A stretch of DNA of 64,000 nt from an uncultured Gammaproteobacteria bacterium. GTDB taxonomy: Bacteria > Pseudomonadota > Gammaproteobacteria > Steroidobacterales > Rariloculaceae. The stretch is taken from NCBI GenBank assembly GCA_963782445.1, contig CAWAJM010000001.1:1675154-1739153 (forward strand). Direction: 5' to 3'. The notes under the pieces were generated by a model. The model was given only the letters and a program-made list of their open reading frames with translations, ran no database searches and had not been told where the DNA came from. Made by a program: the position numbers and the translations under genes. This document shows positions 38,035 through 47,398 of this stretch, piece after piece; positions within the stretch are counted from its first letter, which is position 1; each line of letters starts with the position of its first letter.

Positions 38035-39150
38035 TTAGTGCGCAGAAAGGCGGGAGATCATGTCCGCCGTCTCAAGCGCGATGTTGCTCTCGAGCAGGTC
38101 ATCGAGCCCTTCGCCGTAAAGGGTCAGCGTCGGCTTCCAGCGCAGGCGTCCCTTGCCGTCGAGCGCGGCGCACTGACGCTTGCTCGTCTTGATGAACGCG
38201 TTCGTGTCGAGAAACACGAGCTCGGGGTAGGCCGCCTTCAGTAGCGGGACGATCTCCGTGCCGCCGCGCACGAACAGGCGCAGCTTCCTGCCGACCTGAC
38301 CGGCCAGCTCGTTCAGCCACGTCGCATATTGCGGGCGGCGCTCGCGGCGCAGCGTCGTGAACTCGAAGGCGATATCGGTGACCTCCGGGCGCTCTCCGAT
38401 GTAGGCGACCCAGCGCCGGAAGTCGTTGCCGGTGCGCGCATTGACGTGCAGCGCCGCGGGCATGCCTTCGCGCAGGAACTCTTCATGTGTGATCGCGATG
38501 CGCTTCATCGCGTGCAGGTCCTGCCAGCGCGGCCTGTTTGCAAGCAGCGTGTAGTTCGGGGTCGTCACGAGCTCGACGCCGCTGGCAAGCAGTGCCCGGA
38601 TCACGGCAAGCCGCCCGCTGGTGCTGAGACTCCAGTAGCGCTCGAGCGGCGCGTCCTCGCCGGTGCCGGTCAGGATGATGCGCGTGTCCGGCGCAAGGTG
38701 GTAGGCCTCGCGCAGCGCCTGCGCGTCCGCGAATCGCGGACGCCCGTCGCGCGCAACCATGCGGTAAAGCGGCAGGCAGATGATGGGCGCGGCGACCTTC
38801 CCGTGCAGGCCGCCCGCGTTGTACATCACCTGCACGACCGGCGGCAGCGCCGGCGATGCAGGCACAGGCGCGCGCGGCACATTGTCAAAGGCAAAACGCT
38901 CGACCTCGCGAACGCGAAACGGGAAGTCCGGGTTATGGCGGCACACGAGCTTGCAGCGCGCCGGGTCGCCGCAGCAAAAAGAGGAACAACTGAAGATGCC
39001 CTCCGCGATGCGTATCCCGCCGCAAACGCCGTGTTCCTTGCAGCCCTGGCAGCCGAGCGGCTGCTGCTTGTGCTGCGGCTCGTGCCAGAGCCGCCGTTCG
39101 CGGCGCAGATTGCGCGGCACGCGCGGCCGCGCACCTTTCTCGGTCAGCAC
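38035..39150 (-). CDS. Cys-rich N-terminus plus DUF4417-like domain
   Basis: CQGC...CGG...C...CC...C...C cluster; TTPNYT...RPRWQDLHAMKRI resembles the DUF4417 SPDFS...P motif. Confidence 0.7.
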   Translation of the reverse strand: MLTEKGARPRVPRNLRRERRLWHEPQHKQQPLGCQGCKEHGVCGGIRIAEGIFSCSSFCCGDPARCKLVCRHNPDFPFRVREVERFAFDNVPRAPVPASPALPPVVQVMYNAGGLHGKVAAPIICLPLYRMVARDGRPRFADAQALREAYHLAPDTRIILTGTGEDAPLERYWSLSTSGRLAVIRALLASGVELVTTPNYTLLANRPRWQDLHAMKRIAITHEEFLREGMPAALHVNARTGNDFRRWVAYIGERPEVTDIAFEFTTLRRERRPQYATWLNELAGQVGRKLRLFVRGGTEIVPLLKAAYPELVFLDTNAFIKTSKRQCAALDGKGRLRWKPTLTLYGEGLDDLLESNIALETADMISRLSAH

Positions 39151-39497
39151 AGCGTAATCTCGACGACGCCGGCCGGCGCGTGGACCTCGGCGACCGTGCC
39201 CTGGGCGATGCCGCAGGAGTTCTTCACGGCGTCGAAGTCACGCTTTGCGGGCGCGTCCTTGCGGGCGACAATCGTTTGCCCGCGGCGGGCGACCAGCGCC
39301 GATCCTTCGCTTTCCACATTGAGGTGCTCGCCTTGCCGAAGCTGCGCGCCGCCCGCGATCTCGAAAGCCGCCTTGCAGCCGCCTTCTTCCGGCGGCCGCG
39401 TCAGCAGATCGGCGGTGCCGAGCCTGACGCGCTCGCGGTCCCACTTGGTCTTGAGCGTCTTTTTCGTCCGTTCTATGAAATCCAGTCCCACCGTCAA
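39144..39497 (-). CDS. Small hypothetical beta-rich protein
   Basis: Overlaps both neighbours in a tight operon. Confidence 0.7.
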   Translation of the reverse strand: MTVGLDFIERTKKTLKTKWDRERVRLGTADLLTRPPEEGGCKAAFEIAGGAQLRQGEHLNVESEGSALVARRGQTIVARKDAPAKRDFDAVKNSCGIAQGTVAEVHAPAGVVEITLC

Positions 39498-40069
39498 ACT
39501 CCTTCTAGTAGCGGCCGGTATCGCTTTGCCCGCCCGTGGCTTTCAACGATGACGAGCCCGAGGTTGGCAAGACCGGCAAGCCGGTTGTTCCACGCCGTCG
39601 TGGTCGTCGTTTCTTCGGCGTCGCCGTATTTCTCCATCAGCCGCGCCGCGTCGGTTTCGCCGTACTTGTGCACGAGATCAAAGGTCATCTTCTGTTTGGG
39701 GTCCATTGCGCCGAGCGGCGCCGGATCGGAGGCCTTGCCGCGGCGGTCGAGACGGCACGTCATGACAACGTCGCGCTCCGCTTTGGTCAGCTCGCGCAAA
39801 TCGTCCTTCACGGCATCGTTTGCGTTCGCGATCACCGGGTAATACATCGGCTTCGTCCTGCGGATATAGTCGCGGAACGCGATCACGCTCTCCCGCAGAT
39901 AGCTGACCGAGGCGACGTCCACCGCCCCGAAATCGAGGAAAAGCGGCGTCGGCGTGTCGGGCTCCGCCCCGACGCACTCGATGAGCCGCGTGAAGCCCTT
40001 CTGTCCGTTGATCGCCCCCGCCAGCACGGGCGTGCCGCCGATCTCCGCCATGTCAATCCGCATCGTCAT
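39494..40069 (-). CDS. STAS-like (DUF4325-like) domain fused to a winged HTH
   Basis: LFLDFGAVDVASVSYL STAS-type motif; C-terminal TTAWNNRLAGLANLGLV...GRAKRY wHTH. Confidence 0.75.
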   Translation of the reverse strand: MTMRIDMAEIGGTPVLAGAINGQKGFTRLIECVGAEPDTPTPLFLDFGAVDVASVSYLRESVIAFRDYIRRTKPMYYPVIANANDAVKDDLRELTKAERDVVMTCRLDRRGKASDPAPLGAMDPKQKMTFDLVHKYGETDAARLMEKYGDAEETTTTTAWNNRLAGLANLGLVIVESHGRAKRYRPLLEGV

Positions 40070-40095
40070 AACCCTCACGTGAGCCGCCTGAGGAT

Positions 40096-40125
40096 AGTCT
40101 ATCAGCCCTTCCGGCGCGCTCGCAA
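40096..40125 (-). promoter_or_regulatory. Putative sigma70 promoter of the STAS/kinase operon
   Basis: Minus-strand TTGCGA-N18-TAGACT with an extended -10 (TGn). Confidence 0.45.
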
Positions 40126-40144
40126 GGGCAGGGGCGGGCCGGGA

Positions 40145-41740
40145 TCAGCGCGTCACAAGCCGGCGCTTTTGCATGTCGAACTGCTCGTAATAGAGGGGCA
40201 GCCTGAATTCCTTGCGCAGGTCTTTCAGATATTTGCGCTCGTACGCCTTAAGTTCCGGCTCGCCCACGATGACGAGCCGCGCGGCCCGCCGTCCTTCGGG
40301 CCAGTAGGAATACTCCAGCAATTGCCCGATCGCCTGCCGGATGCAGTGCTGCGCCGTCTCGCCGACCTTGATTTCGTAGTAGGTGAATTCGTTGCCAAGT
40401 TTGAGCGCAAGGTCGATCTTCGTGCCGTTTCCGGTCGGGAATTCGTCGCGCACGGCATCCTTGCCGTGCTTGCCGATCAAGTGCTGGCCCAGCGCATATT
40501 GGATATCGTTGTGCCGCAGGTCCTTGTTCAGCTTGCGCTCAGTAACGCTCATCTTTGCGCTCGACGGTTTTCGCGTCAGACCGGGTACGAAGTCCGGTAG
40601 AGGCTGCCGCAGCACGATCTGCGGCACGTTCGCGCTCTCCACGAATTCGTATATGGGAAGCAGGCGATCGTAGTCCCGCAGGATCAGTCCCACGCTGACA
40701 TGCGCCGGGTCCTGTCGCCTGCCGATGAAGATAAAGGCGCCCAGTTTGACGATCTCGGCCGGCACGGGGCGCAGCGCGTGGTCGCCGCTCCAGTCTTCCC
40801 TGTCATACCAACTGTTGTACATCAGAAAACCTGTGTATTCGTCGCCCTGGTCTTCGATGAACTGATTGAGACGCGCGATGCGCGTCAGCATCTCGTCGGT
40901 AACCGCCGTCACGGCAGGCCCGCGCTTTAGCGAGATCGCCAGCCCGTGCCGCAGGTAAGTTTCGCCGTCACCGGCTTCTTCGAAGCCGACATTGAATTGC
41001 AGCTCCGTCCTGCCGCCGTAGTGATACGCGTAACGATCGAAGATCGTTTCTTCGCGAAAAATCGTGCGGCTGACCCGCCCGAGCCCTTTGAGCGACCGGC
41101 GAATTTCCTGCAACTCGCCGAAGCGGTAGTGCGTCGCCTGGTCTTCGATGGCGGCGACGACCCCCCGAATGTCCGGTTCGTCAAGATAGCCGAGCCGCCG
41201 CTGCGCCTCGGCCCGTTCTTCGGGCGTGAAGCGATCGCGAAAACGTTTTTGCAAGACGACATGCTCAAGCGTCAGATCGGGTCGCCCGGCGGCCATGATG
41301 CTATCGAAGCCGGCGCCTGCGCCGCCCGCCTGCGGGCGGAGCGCGTATTTGGCTGCGCCAAGGCCGCCGCGATTGTTCAGCAGCGTTGTAAACCTGCCCG
41401 AACCGAGCCCTTCTTCCTTCCCGGCGCGGGCATTGATGTCGCGCAACGCTTGCTCCAGCGCTTTGTCCTCAGCTTTGCCCGGCTTGGCCGCCGCGCCGTC
41501 CCGGCGGAACGTGACAATCCCGCGTTGCTGATCGACCTTATCGACTTTGAAGCCGGCCTCCTGCCAGTGGTAGGCGCGCGAGCCATAGTCCTGGTTCGCC
41601 CACCATTCCCGGTGGTCGTACGCCGAGTCCGGCAGCTTGTCGCCGATGATCTCCATGATCCGCGTAAAGGTGAGCGTCTCGCTCTCCTGCGTTGCCGGCA
41701 GCGCTGCCAGATAGTTGCCGAGCGGCTCGTATTTCTTCAT
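40145..41740 (-). CDS. Multidomain protein with C-terminal PD-(D/E)XK nuclease
   Basis: N-terminal KYEPL...LTF...LP.SA...WWAN domain, a GRPDLTLE...FT.EE domain, and C-terminal KIDL...YEIK...IRQAIGQLLEY. Confidence 0.8.
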   Translation of the reverse strand: MKKYEPLGNYLAALPATQESETLTFTRIMEIIGDKLPDSAYDHREWWANQDYGSRAYHWQEAGFKVDKVDQQRGIVTFRRDGAAAKPGKAEDKALEQALRDINARAGKEEGLGSGRFTTLLNNRGGLGAAKYALRPQAGGAGAGFDSIMAAGRPDLTLEHVVLQKRFRDRFTPEERAEAQRRLGYLDEPDIRGVVAAIEDQATHYRFGELQEIRRSLKGLGRVSRTIFREETIFDRYAYHYGGRTELQFNVGFEEAGDGETYLRHGLAISLKRGPAVTAVTDEMLTRIARLNQFIEDQGDEYTGFLMYNSWYDREDWSGDHALRPVPAEIVKLGAFIFIGRRQDPAHVSVGLILRDYDRLLPIYEFVESANVPQIVLRQPLPDFVPGLTRKPSSAKMSVTERKLNKDLRHNDIQYALGQHLIGKHGKDAVRDEFPTGNGTKIDLALKLGNEFTYYEIKVGETAQHCIRQAIGQLLEYSYWPEGRRAARLVIVGEPELKAYERKYLKDLRKEFRLPLYYEQFDMQKRRLVTR

Positions 41741-41900
41741 CGCGCACTCCTTGTTCTTCTTCGCCCCGTTATAGGCATCCTCTGCGGCGCTTTCCACCCC
41801 AAAACGTCCGCACGTCCGTCGATTTCGTGTGCTTGGGGCGCCGTGAAGGCACATGGATGTTCGCCGTATCTCCTTGCGGCGGGCTGCCCGTGAACAGGTA

Positions 41901-42027
41901 ACGCGTTTGTCGCCGGGCGCGCCGCCCCGTCAACGGCCTGCCCGCACCACCTCATTTCATGAGCCGTGTTGGCCGTTCCCCCTGCGGGTGACGGAGCGGC
42001 TTGTCCGCCCGGCTTTCCCATCCGCGT
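41901..42027 (+). repeat. Conserved upstream leader, family 1, copy B
   Basis: Homologous to 21194-21333; precedes ardC. Confidence 0.75.
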
Positions 42028-42066
42028 GTTCCCGGATCAACCCGCTTACCGAAAGGAGATACAAAG

Positions 42067-43011
42067 ATGGCGAACAGCAAATCATCACGGCCCGACATCT
42101 ACACGCGCATTACGGACAAGATCGTCGCTGCGCTCGAGCAGGGCACGCGGCCCTGGATCAAACCGTGGAACGCCGAACATGCGGCAGGGCGCATCACCAA
42201 GCCCCTGCGGCATAACGGCACACCATATAGCGGCATCAACATCATCATGCTCTGGCAATCTGCGATGGCCTGCGGCTACGCCGCCCCGATCTGGATGACC
42301 TTTCGGCAGGCACGCGAACTCGGCGCGAGCGTGCGCAAGGGCGAGCACGGCGAACTCGTCGTCTACGCCAACACCATCACGCGCACTGAAGAGACCGCAG
42401 ACGGTCAGGACGAGGAACGCACGATCCCGTTCCTCAAAGGCTACACGGTCTTCAATGTCGAGCAGATCGACGGTTTGCCTGCGCACTATTACCAGCTTGC
42501 GGAGCCGACTCGCGATCACGTGCAGCGCATCGACCATGCGGAAAGCTTCTTCGCTGTGCTCGGCGCCAATATTCGGCACGGCGGCAACATGGCTTATTAC
42601 GCGATCGGTTCCGATCACGTGCAGATGCCGCCCTTTGAAACGTTCCGCGATGCCGAAAGCTATTACGCGACACTCGCCCATGAGTGCACGCACTGGACGC
42701 GCCATTCTTCACGCCTTGAGCGTGAATTTGGCCGCAAACGCTGGGGCGATGAAGGCTACGCTCGCGAAGAGCTCGTGGCCGAACTTGGCAGTGCTTTTAT
42801 CTGCGCTGATCTCGAACTCGCGCTTGAGCCGCGCGAGGATCACAGCGCCTACATCGAAAGCTGGCTCAAGGTCCTCCAGAACGACAAGCGGGCGATCTTC
42901 TCCGCCGCCGCCCACGCGCAGCGCGCTGCCGACTTCCTCCACGGCCTCCAGCCGGGCGCGCAATCAGACGTGTCCGCCGAAGCCTTGGCGCAGGAGGAGG
43001 CCGCCGCTTAG
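42067..43011 (+). CDS. ardC: ArdC antirestriction ssDNA-binding protein / metallopeptidase
   Basis: PWIKPW, YSGIN, WMTFRQA, VRKGE, VFNVEQ, HECTHWT, YAREELVAE and YIESWL motifs. Confidence 0.93.
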   Translation: MANSKSSRPDIYTRITDKIVAALEQGTRPWIKPWNAEHAAGRITKPLRHNGTPYSGINIIMLWQSAMACGYAAPIWMTFRQARELGASVRKGEHGELVVYANTITRTEETADGQDEERTIPFLKGYTVFNVEQIDGLPAHYYQLAEPTRDHVQRIDHAESFFAVLGANIRHGGNMAYYAIGSDHVQMPPFETFRDAESYYATLAHECTHWTRHSSRLEREFGRKRWGDEGYAREELVAELGSAFICADLELALEPREDHSAYIESWLKVLQNDKRAIFSAAAHAQRAADFLHGLQPGAQSDVSAEALAQEEAAA

Positions 43012-43026
43012 GCGGCCTCTTTCTTT
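42997..43026 (+). terminator. Intrinsic terminator of ardC
   Basis: GAGGCCGCC-GCTTA-GGCGGCCTC followed by a T-rich tract. Confidence 0.7.
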
Positions 43027-43583
43027 GTACTTGCGGTCTCAGGCGCTACGCTCAGCGCTTGTGCTCGCATGACCTGGAGACAGTCGCATAGCCGGTGACA
43101 ACGACAACACGCCACAGGACGCCCCGATCGTTCTCGCACCGGATGCGCCCGCCGTCACCTATAGCGATGCCGAAGGGTACGACATCCGTATTCCGAAGAC
43201 CGGGCCAAGCAAGGCATGAGCCCGCCTGCTATCGCGCTTGTTGCTGCCGGCATGCGCCTCACCGAAGACCCGTCTTTCCGCGAGTCCCTCGTGCAGTGGT
43301 TCAGGCAGCAGCAGTTCGGGCGGCTAGGCCCGCGCCTGCAACGTCACCTCCATTCGTCCATGCATTCCGATCCAGTTTTCGCCCGGCCCGCGATCCTCCT
43401 CGTGATGCCAGTGCCTTAGCCCGTCCATATCCGGCGTCGTTTTCCCGTGGAAGGCGGGAGGGCAGGGGCTGTCGCGCTGTGCGTGTCGTCCTGCCTTGTG
43501 TGGGTTTCGTGCGAAGCGAATACATCCCTCTTTCTAGCCGGCGGGCGCGCTGGCACAAGGCCGAGCCCTTCGGGCGCAGCTAA

Positions 43584-43624
43584 CGCTCCCGTGTTGCTTC
43601 GCGGCCCGCTCCATTCGCGGCTGC
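43584..43624 (+). repeat. Conserved upstream leader, family 2, copy A
   Basis: 37/41 identical to 45214-45254. Confidence 0.8.
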
Positions 43625-43703
43625 GGCCTTGTGACATTGCCCCCTGATGCCGGCTTGCGACGGGGCTGTGTTCGCACATCAACCCAAACAAAGGAGATAC
43701 GAA

Positions 43704-43943
43704 ATGAGCACAGCGAAAGAAAACAGCCCGGCCCTGATCGCCTATCACGTCACGGAAAACGGCAAGAAAACCTACTGGGCGCGCATCGGCGCAGCCTGGC
43801 CCAACAAGAAGGGCGGGTTTCAGGTGAAGCTGGAAACAATTCCGGTCAATGGCGAGCTGGTGCTCCTGCCGCCGAAGGCCAAGGACGAAACCGAAACTCA
43901 ACCCGAAGCCGGGCTCCCGGCTGAAGCAGAAGCGGTGGCGTAA
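43704..43943 (+). CDS. Small MGE protein (DUF736-like, putative ssDNA binding)
   Basis: WARIGAAWP...GGFQVKLE.IP motif; AAGGAG RBS. Confidence 0.75.
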   Translation: MSTAKENSPALIAYHVTENGKKTYWARIGAAWPNKKGGFQVKLETIPVNGELVLLPPKAKDETETQPEAGLPAEAEAVA

Positions 43944-44196
43944 GCCACCCTTCCCCCGCCTCAAGAGCGGCGGCGCGAAAGCGCCGCCGCTTATCCCGTG
44001 CAGGGGCCGCTCGCGCCGCGCGTTGTGATATCATGCGTGTTAGGTAGTCGTACGCCCCGGTTGGAAGCGGCCGAAAAACGACGACGCTGAATTGACGACC
44101 TGCCTTTATACGGTCTTTGTTTTAACCGCTGGCACGGCTCGTCTTTAAACGCTTCCGGCGACCGAAAAGTCCAGCAGTGAAACGAGGATCGATAAA

Positions 44197-44880
44197 ATGA
44201 TCGATATATCCAAGCTCTGCGCAGATTTTCTGCGCCTGTACGTTTCCCATTCTTCTGGCCTCAAGCTCAAGGCGACGCACGCCCGCGAACTCGTTGCCGC
44301 CTTCTTCGGCTATAAGAGCCATGCGGCGCAGCTTGCGGACAAACGCTACCCGCTGAGCGATATCGGCGATGCCGCCTTGCTCGTGCCCGACACAGCGCTC
44401 ATGGATGCCCGCCGCAAGCAGCTCACGCACTTGCCCTCGGGCCTGCCGGGGAGCGCCGCGCTGGCACAGGAAATCGCTGGGTATCTGATCCAGCAGAGGC
44501 ACTTCACCGGGCACGTCTGTCTCGTCGAGCCGCTTGAAACATATGTCATGGAAACGGTCATTCCCGGCGCCGAGGCACAAATCCATGATGATCTGTCCGG
44601 CGTGATGGCCGAGACCAACGCGTATTTCGACGAGACCTACCCGGAAGACGCCGAAGTCAAGAAGCACGCTGATGGCGTGACCGTCATCGTTACCGGTCAA
44701 GTCAACGGTGCGTCGGACCCCGATCGCATGTTCTCCGGCGATCAGATCGATATGACGGTGACCGTCGAATTCCCGCGTATCGCTGGCCACACGGCCTACG
44801 GCGAGCCGGACATCGTAGCGGCCGGCGCTGTCAATGACGACTGGGTTGATCCTGAACTGAAATACAGCTCTGTGCCGTAG
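44197..44880 (+). CDS. Hypothetical protein
   Basis: N-terminal LKATHARELVAAFFGYKS module common in MGE proteins; acidic C-terminal domain. Confidence 0.7.
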   Translation: MIDISKLCADFLRLYVSHSSGLKLKATHARELVAAFFGYKSHAAQLADKRYPLSDIGDAALLVPDTALMDARRKQLTHLPSGLPGSAALAQEIAGYLIQQRHFTGHVCLVEPLETYVMETVIPGAEAQIHDDLSGVMAETNAYFDETYPEDAEVKKHADGVTVIVTGQVNGASDPDRMFSGDQIDMTVTVEFPRIAGHTAYGEPDIVAAGAVNDDWVDPELKYSSVP

Positions 44881-45213
44881 GCAAACCGGCCCGGCGGCCC
44901 ATGGCCGCCGGGCCGTTCCCTGCTGTGGTAGAAAGGCTTCCGACGGTGCGCAGTCAGGCTTCTTGACGCGTCCCCTGTCTCGGGTTTGCGCAGGTGATCC
45001 TCTGGTCATTGCCCAGCCGTTTCGCGTTTCTCCGTTTTCCTGTGCCTTGAACACCAGCGCAGGTTTCCCGTCGCGTTTTCGTGAGCCATTTCTCCTGATC
45101 TCTCCTTATTCTTCTGTCCATAGGCCGTCCCCTCATTCATCACGCCTTTTCCGGTTAACCCTGCATCCGGTCAGTCCCTTTCCCAAAATCAACCCCTGCG
45201 GGGTGGAAACGGC

Positions 45214-45254
45214 CGCTCCCGTGTTGCTGCGCTGCCCGCTCCATTCGCTGTTGC
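45214..45254 (+). repeat. Conserved upstream leader, family 2, copy B
   Basis: 37/41 identical to 43584-43624. Confidence 0.8.
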
Positions 45255-45341
45255 CAGATTTGGGGCGTGCCTGAGCACGTCTGCGATCGGGAACCGTAAA
45301 GGCCGTGATGGGCACGGCCATAAACAGAAAAGGAGATAGAA

Positions 45342-45620
45342 ATGTCTAACGAAACGAAAACACGTCCGGTCGAAACCCTGCGCGATGGCGCCATCAAAGC
45401 CGCTATCTGGAGAAACGAAAGCGAGAACGGCCCGTTCTTTAACGTCACCTTCGCGCGCACCTTCAAGGCCGGCGACGGCGAGCTTCGCGACACCGAAAGC
45501 TTCTCGGGCACGCAGCTTCTGCGCCTCTCGCACCTGGCCAGCAAGGCTTACGACCGCGCCGCCAAGCTGACGAAGGCCGCACGGGTCGCGGACGACCACG
45601 AAGACGAGGAGGAGGCGTAA
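45342..45620 (+). CDS. Small PC4/Whirly-like putative ssDNA-binding protein
   Basis: IKAAIWRN...FNVTFARTFK...SFS pattern, acidic tail, AAGGAG RBS. Confidence 0.7.
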   Translation: MSNETKTRPVETLRDGAIKAAIWRNESENGPFFNVTFARTFKAGDGELRDTESFSGTQLLRLSHLASKAYDRAAKLTKAARVADDHEDEEEA

Positions 45621-45673
45621 GCCTCCTCCCACTCTCGCGGTAACGGCGGCGCCAAGCGCGCCGCCGTTTTTTG

Positions 45674-46222
45674 CTATCGCAGCAGCTTCGCATCCTTGCT
45701 GATACGCCGTGCCGGTTCTTGCTTGCCAAGCGTCTTGTTGCTTGCGCCGTCCGGGGTGCGACCGCTGAAACGCTCGACCCCGCTCTTTATCGGGCCGTCA
45801 CAGCCGCAGCTTTCGAGGCGGAAACGCTGGACGCCATCCTTGAAATAGATGGCTCCGCCGCAGGCATCCGTGCCGCAGCTGCAATAGATGAAGTCTGTAT
45901 GCCCGCACCACGGGCAAGTCAGCTCGGACGTGGCGAATGCGCTTGCAGGATGCGAACGCACTTCCTCTTTGTTTGCTTGCGCTTCGCCACCGCCTTGCGC
46001 CGCGTACTTGCTGGTTTCATGCACGCGGAAGCGCAGATGCGGCGCGGCGCGGTGCCAGACAACCAAAAAGTCCCGGCCCGTTTTGCTGCATACGAAATTC
46101 TGCACGAAGATTTCTCCGGGCGGCGGCGCGGCTTTCGCTTCCTCCTTGCGGGCGGCAAGGCGTTTGCGGGCACGCTCCAATGCCGACGGGCGTTTGTTGC
46201 TGTCTCGCTTTATAAGTTTCAT
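45674..46222 (-). CDS. Cys-rich metal-binding protein, TerY-C-like
   Basis: CSKTGRDFLV...CPWCG...CSCG...C...CGC. Confidence 0.65.
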   Translation of the reverse strand: MKLIKRDSNKRPSALERARKRLAARKEEAKAAPPPGEIFVQNFVCSKTGRDFLVVWHRAAPHLRFRVHETSKYAAQGGGEAQANKEEVRSHPASAFATSELTCPWCGHTDFIYCSCGTDACGGAIYFKDGVQRFRLESCGCDGPIKSGVERFSGRTPDGASNKTLGKQEPARRISKDAKLLR

Positions 46223-46248
46223 ATCAATGCTCCTTCTCAAGTTCGTCT

Positions 46249-46722
46249 TCAGCGCCAGCCGTGGCGGCGCGCGATCACATCCCGCGCGGCGTTGACCGCC
46301 TGCGCTGCCTCATCCGTGCCGCCCTTGTCCGGGTGCGCGCTTGCAATCGCCTGCCGGTATGCGGCCTTGAATGCGGCGAAGCTGTGCTCTTCGCTCAAAC
46401 CCAGCAGCGCGAGCGCTGCTTCGTAGGGGGTGCTTCCGGCCGTTTCTTCCTCGGGCGTTTCCTCTTCCTCTTTGCTCTCTTCGCCTGCACCGCGCAGGAA
46501 TTCGTCGGCGATGTAATAGAGCAGCACCAGCCCGTCGCGTGCGTGCCGGCCAAGCCATGGCACGGCGATGCGCACGATCCGTCCGGCTGCCTTCCATGCG
46601 ACGTAGAGTCCGTCCAGCAGCGCCTCACCGATCCAGCGGAAGACGATGCAGATGCCCTCGATCAGGAAGGCCAGAACGTGACCGCTGAAATAGAGCAGGA
46701 ACAAAATGATCAGGAATTCCAT
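46249..46722 (-). CDS. Membrane-anchored J-domain (DnaJ-like) protein
   Basis: N-terminal hydrophobic segment; C-terminal LLGL...KAAYR...HPDKGG...VNAARD. Confidence 0.85.
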   Translation of the reverse strand: MEFLIILFLLYFSGHVLAFLIEGICIVFRWIGEALLDGLYVAWKAAGRIVRIAVPWLGRHARDGLVLLYYIADEFLRGAGEESKEEEETPEEETAGSTPYEAALALLGLSEEHSFAAFKAAYRQAIASAHPDKGGTDEAAQAVNAARDVIARRHGWR

Positions 46723-46732
46723 GACGCGCGCC

Positions 46733-47398
46733 TTACGAGGGAAGCCCGCCGCTTTGCGTGTCCCACTGGTCTTGCGGCGCAAGCACGCCGCGGTCACCCA
46801 TCTTGGCCTGGTTGTCCATGAAGCGGTCACAGGCCTGAAAGCGGGCAGCGATCGCGCGGGCATCCTGTTCGCCGATCACGGTCACGATGTCGTGACGCTG
46901 GCCGTAATAGTTCAGGGCGATGTGAAACGACTCGCTGTAATAGCGCTTGTAGGTCGTGAACTGACCCTTGGACTGATCGCGCCGGGCGCGCATCGCTTCG
47001 CCCTCGCGCTCACGTTGCGCCTTGTCATGTTCGAGCATGACAAAGCTGTGCTCGATGGTGCGGTCGAAGCTATACCAGCCACGCTTACCCAGGACCTTGA
47101 ACTCTGTTGGCGTGAACTTGACTTGCCTTTGTGCGCGCAGCGCGCGATACAAGCACGCGCTCACCAGCAACGGAAGGATGAAAGCCGACCCGAACGGGAT
47201 CAGGCACCAGCGTCCGGTCTGCATCGTGAGCACCCCGATCCCCAGCAGCAAGAACATGACCAGCGTCCCGATCGCGTCCGCCTGTTTCATGCCCTCGGGG
47301 GTAAGCGCGTCCACATGGACGCTCAGCCCGCCGTCCAGCTCATGCACCGTCCGCGGCCAGCCGTCAAACGGTGAAATCTTCCACTCACGCTGTGCCAT
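46733..47398 (-). CDS. Two-TM membrane protein
   Basis: Two hydrophobic helices; AGGAG RBS. Confidence 0.7.
   Translation of the reverse strand: MAQREWKISPFDGWPRTVHELDGGLSVHVDALTPEGMKQADAIGTLVMFLLLGIGVLTMQTGRWCLIPFGSAFILPLLVSACLYRALRAQRQVKFTPTEFKVLGKRGWYSFDRTIEHSFVMLEHDKAQREREGEAMRARRDQSKGQFTTYKRYYSESFHIALNYYGQRHDIVTVIGEQDARAIAARFQACDRFMDNQAKMGDRGVLAPQDQWDTQSGGLPS

Noticed and set aside
43090-43419. Small gene between ardC and the next leader
   Set aside because: The coding-like sequence seems split across two frames and lacks a clear start; at best a remnant, too weak to call.
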